DNA from: Candidatus Saccharimonadota bacterium
GTDB taxonomy: Bacteria; Patescibacteriota; Gracilibacteria; BD1-5; UBA6164
Direction of reading: 5' to 3'
Assembly: GCA_965227835.1 (NCBI GenBank)
Contig: OZ245768.1
Coordinates: 510,001 to 542,000, forward strand
Length of the DNA: 32,000 nt
Shown here: piece after piece, positions 11,234 through 20,651 of the stretch
How positions within the stretch are numbered: position 1 is the stretch's first letter
How the letters are laid out: every line of letters starts with the position of its first letter
The notes under the pieces: model-generated
Databases searched by the model: none
What the model saw: the letters and a program-made list of their open reading frames with translations, nothing else
What the model was told of the DNA's origin: nothing
Made by a program: the position numbers and the translations under genes

Positions 11234-11872
11234 ATGACTAACAAAATTAGCGGAATGTACTCATCTGAAGATAATACATTACAAAGTATTTCAAGAGAAA
11301 AAACTCTCTTAAATGATCTATCACAAGCAAAAAGGCTTGTAAGAGATTTTACAATTGGTTGAGCACATTTAAGATTCAATAATTTCCAAGAATCTTATTT
11401 AAAAACTCATTTAAAAAAACTGGGAGAAGAACTTAAACAAAACTGACTTACCGAAATCTTATCTCAAAATAAGGTTATAGAAATATGACCATGAGGCAAT
11501 CCATTTAACCTTCATTTTGAATGCCGAGAGTATATATGAGTGCAACCATTTGAATCTTTAGTTCCAGATATATGAGCGGAAAATTATGAAATCCAAGATT
11601 GATTATCATATCTTAAAAAACAAGAAGATAATTCAGCTATTATAGTATGTATATGAGTTATTGATCAAGATATACTTAATACATTTATAGATGAAAAGCA
11701 TCGTAATTATGCTAGAAGTCTTTTAAGGCAAATAGAAAGAGTATCTAAAAGATTTTATATTATTATCTGAAATGAGTTTATGGAATTTTCAAATGGAAAT
11801 GAAGAGTTTATTACTAAAATAGAATGTAGTTTTTCTTCAGATAAAATTTTATGATGAATTATGAAAGTTTAA
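11234..11872 (+). CDS. hypothetical protein, possible class I SAM-dependent methyltransferase fold (212 aa)
   Basis: Motif-I-like VIEIGPGGNP (two Gly from TGA), then YIGVQP, DGLSYLK and AIIVCIGVI. The assignment rests on motif resemblance only. Confidence 0.4.
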
Positions 11873-11923
11873 ATAAAAGAATCTCTGTAAAATTAATAAA
11901 AATTATATCCCTAACAAAAAAAC

Positions 11924-13087
11924 ATGCCTGAAAAACTTTTTTACAATATCTTTAACAAAAATGAAAAGATAACCAAAGATAACATAATGATTCTAAAAAA
12001 AGAATTGTTGGAATTATTTAAACTATTAAAAAATAAAAACGATGTTGATAATCTAAAAGTATTAAAAAACAAAATAGAATTAACCATAAAAAACTCCAAA
12101 AAGAAAATAGATAAAAAACATAAAGAGTGACTATTAAATATAGTAGATAGAATAGAAAACTACATTGAAAATCAAGAAGAAAAAGAAAGTAAAAAAGAAG
12201 AGGTGAAAATGATAGATGTAGTAAAAGAAATAGAAAAAAAATACAAAAAATGTGAGAATATAGATCCGGAAAAACTTAAACAATACACAAAAACTTGTAG
12301 GAAAACTTCAACAATAGAATATGAAAAACAGTTAGCTAAACTACAATTAGAACTAGCTAAACTTGGTAGGTATATAAGGGATTCTTGAGAAAAGATACTT
12401 ATAATTTTTGAAGGCAGAGATGCTGCTTGAAAAGGATGAACTATAAAAAGATTTATGGAACACCTTAATCCTAGAATAGCAAAAGTAATAGCTCTAAATA
12501 AACCTTCAGAAGAAGAACAAAGCCAATGGTATTTTCAAAGATATATAAAAAATTTACCCAACGGATGAGAAATAAGTTTATTTGATAGGTCATGGTATAA
12601 TAGAGCTTGAGTGGAACCTGTTATGTGATTTTGTACAAAAGATCAATACGAACAATTTTTAAATGATGTAGTTCTTTTTGAAAAAATGCTTGTAGAAAAT
12701 GGTCTTAGAATCATAAAATTTTATTTTTCTGTGAGTAAATCTGAACAAGCAAAAAGATTTAAAGAAAGAAAGACAAATCCTTTAAAACAATACAAACTAT
12801 CTCCTATAGATCAATTTTCTCAAGAACTATGGGATAAATACACTTTAGCTGAATATAAAAACTTTAGTAAAACTCATAGCTCTCATGCACCTTGGACTTT
12901 GATAAATTCAGATGACAAGAAAAAAGCAAGAATAAATGCTATAAAAGTTGTTTTAAACAATATTGATTATCCATGAAAAATATCAGACAAAGAATTAAAA
13001 GTAGATGATAGTGTAGTTTATTCTTGAAGGCAAAAAACTAGAAACCTAAAAGAAGAAATAAATGTAAAAAAAGATTTATTTGATTAA
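11924..13087 (+). CDS. ppk2: polyphosphate kinase 2 with an N-terminal extension of about 120 aa (387 aa)
   Basis: [77 protein letters not shown], and [36 protein letters not shown]. The track ORFs at 11924, 12203 and 12686 share one frame. An internal start (for example 12209) cannot be excluded. Confidence 0.88.
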
Positions 13088-13160
13088 TTTTAATATATAA
13101 ATTATATTTTATATGAGTTAAATTATATATAATTTTACTTTTTCTTTACAAAAACCTAAA

Positions 13161-13189
13161 AAAACCTAAAATTTTTTAGGTTTTCTTTT
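13161..13189 (+). terminator. rho-independent terminator after ppk2
   Basis: AACCTAAAA-TT-TTTTAGGTT hairpin followed by TTCTTTT. It is preceded by a duplicated AAAAACCTAAA. Confidence 0.6.
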
Positions 13190-13212
13190 AGTTAATTCTC
13201 TCAAAAAATCAT

Positions 13213-13737
13213 ATGAAACTTATAGTTTGACTTTGAAATCCAAGTAAGAAATATGAAAAAACTAGGCACAATCTTTGATTTATGTTCCTAGATTTTTTTG
13301 CTTTGAAAAACAGTTTTCCCAATTTCAAAAAAGAAGATAAATACAAATGAGAAATTTCTCAGTGAAATTTTATGTGAGAAAAAACAATTCTGCTAAAACC
13401 TCAAACTTATATGAATTTAAGTTGAGAAGCTATATATAAGATAAAAAATTTCTATAAAATAGACCTAGATGACATAATTGTTATTTTTGATGATTTTAGT
13501 ATGAATTTTTGAAAAATAAGGTTTAGAGATAAATGAAGTTCTTGATGACATAACTGAATAAAAAATATAATTTCATATTTTGGAAATAGTTTTAAAAGAA
13601 TAAAAATATGAATTTGATTTAATGATTTTTACAGTGTAGATGACTGGGTTTTATCAAAATTTGAAGATAAAGATTTAGAAGAATTAGAAAAAAATGTTTT
13701 TTTAGAAACCATAAATATTTTGAAAGACAAGATTTAA
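13213..13737 (+). CDS. pth: peptidyl-tRNA hydrolase (174 aa)
   Basis: [23 protein letters not shown] (TGA at 13228 and 13234 are the Gly of VGLGNP). Further motifs: [40 protein letters not shown] and RIKIGIG. Confidence 0.92.
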
Positions 13738-13760
13738 GGAAACACTGAAAAATTTATTAT

Positions 13761-14762
13761 TTAATACATATATTTCTTGTTTTCTTCATGCTGTCTATTC
13801 GTCTCTGAATAATAGATTTTTCATGTTTTTACATTATGAAGATAATACCAAAAAGAAGTTTTTTTATCATTTAGTGTAGCATTTATTGTTATACTGCTAG
13901 GATTAGATATAGGAGTTTTAGGTAAACCAATCATAGTTCTAGTATTATAATCAGATTTTTCTTGAATATATTTTGACACTACCAGTTTACACTCTTGGCT
14001 AGTAAGTTTATGAGGATAACAAACTGTAATATCTGCCCCTATACTCCATCAGCTTTGTAATCTTTTTTTTAATATACCAGCAACCGTACTTTTTTCTTTA
14101 TTATTTTTTTCTTCTTTTTCTACTATAGAAGCCAAATTAACCACATCATATATAGTTTGGTTTGATAAGTTTTCAGGTTTTAATATTTTCTTGTATGCTT
14201 TATTTTCAAAAGTATCTAATTGTTTTATAACCAGCTCATTTATTTTTAATGGTGTTTTTAGTATATATGTATCTGGATATAAATATCATTCCAAACTTAT
14301 AAGCTCTAAATTTAAAAAATCATAAAACTCTTTCAATGCTTTTATTTTTTCAGGATTTTGAACATAGTTTATATAATCATCTTTTTCTATAAGTTTTTTT
14401 TGATACAGATAATCATCTATATCATATATGTTCCATCATTCTATTATGGTAAGCTCTGTTTGTTTTTCTGATATTGGTTTCTCCAAGCTATCTAATATTT
14501 GTTTTATATCAAAAGACTTTTTCATTTCAAATTTTCAAGCTAGGAGGATAAAATCTTTTTTATTGTTTTTGATATATTTCTTTAAAAAATAATGATTTAA
14601 GTCCAGCTTTGAAGCTAAATCCTTTATGTTTTCTCATTTTTGTATATGAATTATTTTATTTTCTTTTATTAATTCTTTTTCACCAAATTTTTTATAAGAA
14701 TAATTGGTATAAACAATTGTTATTATTATTATAATAGCAATATATTTTATAATATTTTTCAT
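13761..14762 (-). CDS. mltG: endolytic murein transglycosylase MltG/YceG (333 aa)
   Basis: N-terminal TM segment KYIAIIIIITIVY. Further motifs: EGYLYPDTY, LASIVEKEE, VAGILKKRLQSGWSIGADITVCY, YNTRTMIGLPKTPISNPS and FWYYLHN. Its stop lies 23 nt from the convergent pth stop. Confidence 0.85.
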
Positions 14763-14925
14763 TTTGTATCTATTTTTTATGACTTAAAAATCTACCATTT
14801 ATTTTTTTCAACCAATTATGTATTAAATAAAAAAATTGCAATAAAAATTAGCAAAAAAGAATTATTTTCCTTTTAAATGAATTTTTTAAGATTTATTTAG
14901 GATTAAATATATATTATTTTCATAC

Positions 14926-16623
14926 CTAACTAGACTGCCTTCAATTTGGTAACATAGATAAAAGTGTTTGTTGCTGTTCCAATGTAGGTATACCTAAGGC
15001 TAGTCTATCACTATCACTAAAATCATCAGCATGTACATTTCTAAGTCATCTTACAGGATCTTTTGATGTAATAAAATTAGAATTATTTATATTATATCTT
15101 TGAGACAAGAAATCTGCTAGTACTCTTCATCAAATTCTTTGAGCTTCGTTTAATTCTTCAACTCAATTTTCATAAGTACCTCTCCCATCTCATCTCAATG
15201 CCATTTCTATAGCTATAGTTTCACGATTCATATTCCTTGGTAGACTCTTTTGTTTTAAATATGATTGTCATAAAGCTCAATAACCTAAGTCTGCATCAAA
15301 AAATTGAAATATCATACCATTCCTACCTACAAGAAATGCGAAATCTCAACTTTGCTTTCACATATGTATTGCTGATTCTGTTATCTTGAGGTCACCTGCT
15401 TTTCAATATATACCTTCATCAAATCAAGTTCAATGAAAAGCTAAAAAATTTTTTGAAAACCTAGGACTACCATCTGGATTTAAAACTCTGTTTGATCTAG
15501 GGTTTGAAAATTCTTTAGTATCTGTAATAAAATAAATTATCCTTCTTCACTGATCATCAAATAATCTTTGTTCTTGCATATATTTTATAGCCTCTCTATG
15601 AGTGCATTTTATTCTTACCAAGGAGTCTGATAAAATTTCAGGATCTTCAAATGTAGCTAGTGTTTCCCTGCTTTTTTGCTCTACATTATAAATTTTATTT
15701 TCTCATTTCCATATAAGGGCTCTTTTATTACTAATTCTGTCTCACAAAACTACTCTCCAATCTCAATCTTTATATGCTACTTGCATATTTTGTCATCTAG
15801 AGTTTTCCAGTCTAAAAGTAAGATTTTGATATGTATTTGGATCTATAAAATCTCTCAAAGCAGGTTTATTGTCGGTTAATTCTAAAATAGATGATTGTTT
15901 AACATCTGGATTTTGAAAAAGGTCTCAGATATCTATATTTGTATATGATAATAAACTTTCAAATACATCACTATTATTTAAATTATTACCCATATTTGAA
16001 AAAATATTATACTGAAATAAATCTTCTCAAGGATTATTATTTCTAGGTAAATTTTGTATATCATCACTTGCTGTAGTTTTTCAAACATTTATATTTGGTA
16101 TACCTTCTTCTGTGATTAAATCATAATCAATAGTTTCTTGTGGTAAATCAGCATTATCAGCATTTTTATCTTGTGTTTCTTCTTGAATTGGTTCTATTTC
16201 AGGTATTTTTATTATCTGACCAACTTTTATAAAATCAGGATTTTCTATATTGTTCAATTCTGCTATTTCTTTGATACTAGTTCAATGAGCTTTTGCTATT
16301 TTCCAAAGACTATCTCATGGTTTTATCTCATATATTTTAGTTTTTTCTCAAAGTATAAACTCTTTTAAAGATTCGCTTGAGTCAATATCAAAATAAGATA
16401 GTAATTCTTGAGGTATTGAATCAAAAACATCTTTCCATTCTTGATCTGTTATCCTATTTTCATCAAGTATATCTTCGTTTAAAATTAATTGTTTTAAACT
16501 ATCTCTTAGTTCACTAGTTTTTAAATCAACATTTTCAGTTCATTTTGAAGATAACTCTTGTTTTGCTCTATCTACAGAAGAGTCTATTTTTTGATCTACT
16601 TGTATTTTAAAATTTTCAGACAT
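14926..16623 (-). CDS. LysM-domain peptidoglycan hydrolase, probable amidase_2-type C-terminal domain (565 aa)
   Basis: The LysM domain is clear: YEIKPGDSLWKIAKAHGTSIKEIAELNNIENPDFIKVGQIIKIP. The C-terminal half has FLAFHGTGF, FAFLVGRNGMIFQFFD and RETIAIEMALRG, which resemble N-acetylmuramoyl-L-alanine amidase/PGRP motifs. There is no N-terminal signal peptide (MSENFKIQVDQKIDSS...). The ATG at 16623 is 2 nt after the upstream stop. Confidence 0.65.
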
Positions 16624-16625
16624 TT

Positions 16626-16766
16626 TTAATTTTTAAAAGATAATTGTTCTTCTAGATTTTCCAGAATTTCCCTATCCTTTTTTTTATTTTTTATTTCCTT
16701 TATGTTATGTATTTGTTTCATAACTATTTGTAGTAATTTTAATTCTTGAACTTTACTCGTATTCAT
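16626..16766 (-). CDS. small hypothetical protein (46 aa)
   Basis: MNTSKVQELKLLQIVMKQIHNIKEIKNKKKDREILENLEEQLSFKN. It sits tightly between the neighbouring genes (19 nt and 2 nt gaps). It is too short for independent support. Confidence 0.4.
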   Translation of the reverse strand: MNTSKVQELKLLQIVMKQIHNIKEIKNKKKDREILENLEEQLSFKN

Positions 16767-16785
16767 AGTTTTATATTAAAAAGTA

Positions 16786-18621
16786 TTAATCATTCTTCTC
16801 TTCACTGTATCTATCTATATTTCACATTATCACACCTTTTGGATCCATTCATAGTTTTTGTCTTAAAAACATTTGTGCTTCTCAATATTCTAGTTTTTCT
16901 CAATTCCCGTCTAAAAATGTAGGCATTCAACCAAATCATATAGAGTCTATACTTATAAATCAGTCTTTTTCACTAGTAAATAATATATTTATCAATTGAG
17001 CAAAATTTTTCTTATTTTCTAAATCATTTTTTCATGATCAAAATGCACTGAATCAGAAAGATCAATTAGCTAAATCTATGTCTTCTTGAAGTCCAAACAA
17101 TCATTTTTCTCTATTTACTCTGTCTATTAATCATTTCCAAGTTTCTGATGGTAAAATATCAAAATGTATTGAGTTTAAAAATTTTAGTGTTTCTTTAGTT
17201 TGTCTATCATCCTCTTCATATTCTCTAACAGTTTCATCAATTATCTGCTGAGTTTCCCTATTTTGCCATTCTAAAATTTCTTGGTATTTACCTTCTTGTT
17301 TTTGGTATTCTTTTTGTATTTTTGATTTTATATCATCTATATTTGACATGTCTTCAAGTCATAATTCCATATATTTATCTGGATTTTCTTGTCTTAATTT
17401 TAATTTAATGTCATCTAAATCTTCTCATAAAATTACAGATTCTTGTATGTATTCTAGAAATTTTCATAAAGCTAATTTTTCTTGATTTATGTTTTCTAAA
17501 TTTTGGTTAGCTCTTTCCTCTATCTGTTCAATTTGCGATATTTTAGAATGATTTTCTAAAGGGTTTCACAATGTAAAATCACTTCAACTTAAGGATATTT
17601 CTCTAGAATTTTCAGTTGCTTTTACTTGAAATCAATCAGCAGTATCTGCAATTACTCATTCAGAGTTTATTTCAATATTTGATAAATCTGAAACTCAAAT
17701 AACTAATGAAGATCTAGTTATCTTTGACTTACTAATTATTAGTTTTGTTTCTAATCTTACCGAAAAAGGTATAAAACTTGGATATATTTTTGTAATTTCT
17801 TTAACTGTATTTGTAAATTGAGATAGTTTATTTGTACCATTTTCTCTGTCATATTCTTCTAAAAGCTGAAATATAAGATCTTCATTTCTAGATATTTCAA
17901 AACCTATTTCTTCTAAACTACTTTTTTGATCTTTTAGCAATTCTAATAATTTTCATAATCTTGGGTCATCTAATACAGATAAATTTTCACCTAATTCTAA
18001 GAGAAGAGAGGGTAATTTTATTTCTTTTTCTTCATTTGAATTATCGCTTGCTTCTAAGCTATCTTCATTTAATATATTTTCATCTCTCTGTAATACAATT
18101 GAAGAATTAATAGTAGAAACTTCATTTATTAATTCTTCTACTATTTTATTTTCTCAAGTATTTTGTTGTTTAAAATAAGATATTTTACAACTAGAAATTA
18201 TTCAATAAAACTTAGCTTTTGAGTTTTCTAAATTTTGAATTTTTTTAGTTTTCATAAAACCACCCCCTTCTGATGATTTTAATTCTTCTAATTCTTTTTG
18301 CATTTCTTCAGTAAATATATCCTCTTGACTAAATTCATTTCACTGAATTTCTAGAAGTGCTTTAAGTAGATCAAAACCACCTTTTTCTTTTAATTTAGAT
18401 ATTTCGTCATTGCTTAAAATACTCATAATATCTCTTAAATCTTCTTCTGAATCTTGAGTCAAAAAACAAATCTCATCTATTTTTTCTAGAATAGAGTTAA
18501 TATTTAAAGAATTTCTAAGTTCTTCTTGAGATATATTTATTTCATCAATATCTAATTCTGATTTACTTATCTCTCAAGAATTTTGTTGTAATTCATAGTT
18601 TGAGCCAAAAATCTCACTCAT
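16786..18621 (-). CDS. large acidic hypothetical protein (611 aa)
   Basis: Continuous under table 25, and the track ORFs 17131-17349 and 17695-17940 are in the same frame. It is Glu/Asp/Asn-rich with no TM segment, no signal peptide and no recognised motif. Confidence 0.7.
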
Positions 18622-18663
18622 ATTTTTAAATATTTAATTATAAATAATTATTAAATAACCATA

Positions 18664-19806
18664 TTATTCTCAAGAAGATTCTTTTATTTCTTCAAGAGCT
18701 TTATTAATCTTTTCAATTGAATCAATTAATTCTTGTAATTTTATTCAATGCTCTGTTGAAGCATTCAAATCAGCCTCTATTTCTATTCACTCTTCTTGTA
18801 ATTGTTTTAACTCTAATTGCAATTCTGCTAATTTAGCTTCTAATTTTCTTTTTCTTTCTCTTGTTTTAGATAAAATTTCTTCTTGTATTTCTTCAGCAAT
18901 ATCTAAATACTTAGTTTCATAGTTTCTTTTTTTATTTGATAAATTAACATATATTGTTGATATGTCTTCATTTAACATAGAATCTATTTCTGAGTCTGTA
19001 GCATCAGTTCTATTTTCTCAAGTTAAAAAATTCCAAAGTTTTAGTACTTCCTCATTTGGATATACTCAATCTGGATACTTTTCTGTAAAAGCTAATATTC
19101 TATCAAGTCTTTCCTTATCTTCTGGTGTAAATCTTTCTTCTACAGGTATTCTATCTATTATAGTCTGATTATTTTCAACTAATGAACTTCATTCAGCTTT
19201 ATTAATAAAAATAGAAGAAATATTAAAATTGGGGTTATCTGATGATTCAGTTAATGGTTTTCTAATATTTTCTAATAATTTTGCTAACGAATAAGATTCT
19301 AATGAGCTTATCAAAGCTTCTGGAGCTCATTGTAATTTAAATAAATCTAATCTAAATTGTTTAATTATAGCTAATGATAAGGCCATAGATTGATAATGTT
19401 TTTTTCATTTAAGTTGAGTTAATTCTATATTTTGTGTTAGGTTTAAATTTTCAGCTGATGAAAGTTCATCTAGTCTATTTTGATTTTCTGAAGAAAAAGA
19501 TAAATAACCAGATTCTAAAAGATCTACTAATATTTCTTTAGTATTTGAATCTGTTATTCGTTGTAATTCACCAGAATCAATTGTAGACAAAATAGATTCC
19601 AAATCTTTATCTCAAATATTAAAAGAATCATTATTTGTAGTTAAAAAAGTTTGTAGTATTTGGCTTATACACTGTACTTTTAGTGCCTCACTAGAATATT
19701 CTGGTAAATCATTTAAATTACAGTCTAAATTATCAGATGGCATTCCAGTTTCATTATTTATATTGGCAATTTCTGCTCCACCAGAATTAGGGCTCCCTGT
19801 TAACAT
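18664..19806 (-). CDS. acidic coiled-coil hypothetical protein (380 aa)
   Basis: Track ORFs 19612-19806, 19405-19602 and 18787-18978 join into one frame through in-frame TGA (for example ..TQLKGKKHYQSMALSLAI..). The C-terminus is a heptad-like coiled coil (KLEAKLAELQLELKQLQEEG). An internal start at 19386 is possible. Confidence 0.65.
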
Positions 19807-19841
19807 AAATTTATTTTTAAAATATAAGATATTTAATAATA

Positions 19842-19853
19842 ATATTTTGGTAA
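19842..19853 (-). promoter_or_regulatory. TTACCAAAATAT motif overlapping a weak promoter (TTTACC-N17-TATCTT) of the 19806 operon
   Basis: The minus strand reads TTACCAAAATAT 36-47 nt upstream of ATG 19806. The same 12-mer forms the inverted repeat at 25651-25690. Confidence 0.4.
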
Positions 19854-20014
19854 ATAATCTTTTTATGACTTTACAATATTATTTCATATTTTAAGAATAT
19901 CATATATTCTTTTTTATTTCAAATTTGGGAGCTATTTTTTTAAAATAAGATTAAATAGAGGATAAAATAAAAAAGTAGATAAGGAATAAAAGTAAAATTT
20001 AAACAAAAAATCAA

Positions 20015-20145
20015 GCAAGAGTTTAAGTATAAATAAGGGAGCAAGCAAGGGGTTTAGGCAAAATGCAAGAGTTTAGGATAGAATGCAATGGATCGAGGCA
20101 AAATACAGTAATTCAAGATAAAATGCAAGGGGTCAATACCCCTTG
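20015..20145. repeat. degenerate tandem repeat, 20-nt period, ending in a GC-rich hairpin
   Basis: Units are phased exactly at 20045, 20065, 20085, 20105 and 20125 (GCAAGGGGTTTAGGCAAAAT, GCAAGAGTTTAGGATAGAAT, GCAATGGATCGAGGCAAAAT, ACAGTAATTCAAGATAAAAT, GCAAGGGGTCAATACCCCTTG). One further unit is at 20015. Confidence 0.8.
20126..20145 (-). terminator. GC-rich hairpin CAAGGGGT-CAAT-ACCCCTTG (possible minus-strand terminator)
   Basis: Perfect 8-bp stem. On the minus strand it is followed by CATTTTATCTT, which is only moderately T-rich. Confidence 0.35.
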
Positions 20146-20267
20146 TCTATAAGAGATAAGTAAAAGAATATTTTGTAGTAACCCAACTTGTGAATTAATT
20201 TATAAAATAAAATTTAGGGACCAAAATTAACATTTTGCAGAAAAATTAATCTTTTTATTTTTAGTAG

Positions 20268-20378
20268 GCAGAGAGTTTTAGCCTTTTACAAATCCAAAAT
20301 TCTTATCTTTACATTCAAAAGAGAGCTTTAGCTCTTTGCAAATTTCTATGTAACGCAGAGCTTCAGCTTTTTGTAAAT
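20268..20378. repeat. three dispersed copies of a roughly 25-nt unit
   Basis: The copies are GCAGAGAGTTTTAGCCTTTTACAAAT (20268), AAAGAGAGCTTTAGCTCTTTGCAAAT (20318) and CGCAGAGCTTCAGCTTTTTGTAAAT (20354). Spacing is irregular. The middle copy holds an AGAGC-TTTA-GCTCT mini-hairpin. Confidence 0.7.
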
Positions 20379-20439
20379 TAGTTTAACATAAAAAAATCAT
20401 ATCTTAATTAAAAAAATTAAATTGTTAAAATTTAGACTT

Positions 20440-20468
20440 AAAAAAAGACAAGGGGTTTTAACCCCTTG
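20440..20468 (-). terminator. rho-independent terminator (minus strand), second copy of the GC-rich hairpin
   Basis: CAAGGGGTT-TT-AACCCCTTG (20449-20468) is a 9-bp stem. On the minus strand it is followed by TCTTTTTTT. It lies about 185 nt downstream of the permease stop. Confidence 0.6.
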
Positions 20469-20590
20469 AATTACTAGATTATTAGTACCCTTGAATTAAT
20501 AGATTATTAGTACCTTTGAATTAGTAAATTATTAATACTGTTGCATTATTGTATTTTTAATACTTTGAAAAGTATTAATACATAACCTCT
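20466..20590. repeat. degenerate tandem repeat, 25-nt period, starting at the second hairpin
   Basis: The units are TTGAATTACTAGATTATTAGTACCC (20466), TTGAATTAATAGATTATTAGTACCT (20491), TTGAATTAGTAAATTATTAATACTG (20516) and TTGCATTATTGTATTTTTAATACTT (20541), then a decayed copy. The region includes the perfect palindrome TTAATACTTT-GA-AAAGTATTAA (20557-20578). Confidence 0.8.
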
Positions 20591-20651
20591 TTAAAATTTT
20601 GAATCATTTAATTATAAAACCCTAAAAATTTATATATACATTCTAATTAAT

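Noticed and set aside
8939-16623. Prophage or integrative-element interpretation (tyrosine recombinase plus a signal-less LysM amidase as an endolysin)
   Set aside because: The recombinase has full XerC/D-type motifs. It is separated from the hydrolase by housekeeping genes (ppk2, pth, mltG). No capsid, terminase, portal or repressor-like genes and no flanking att-like direct repeats were seen.
20268-20378. GTTTTAG-containing repeats as a CRISPR or tracrRNA-like element
   Set aside because: There are only three degenerate copies with irregular 11-24-nt gaps. No cas genes are present, and the similarity to type II repeats is limited to a few bases.
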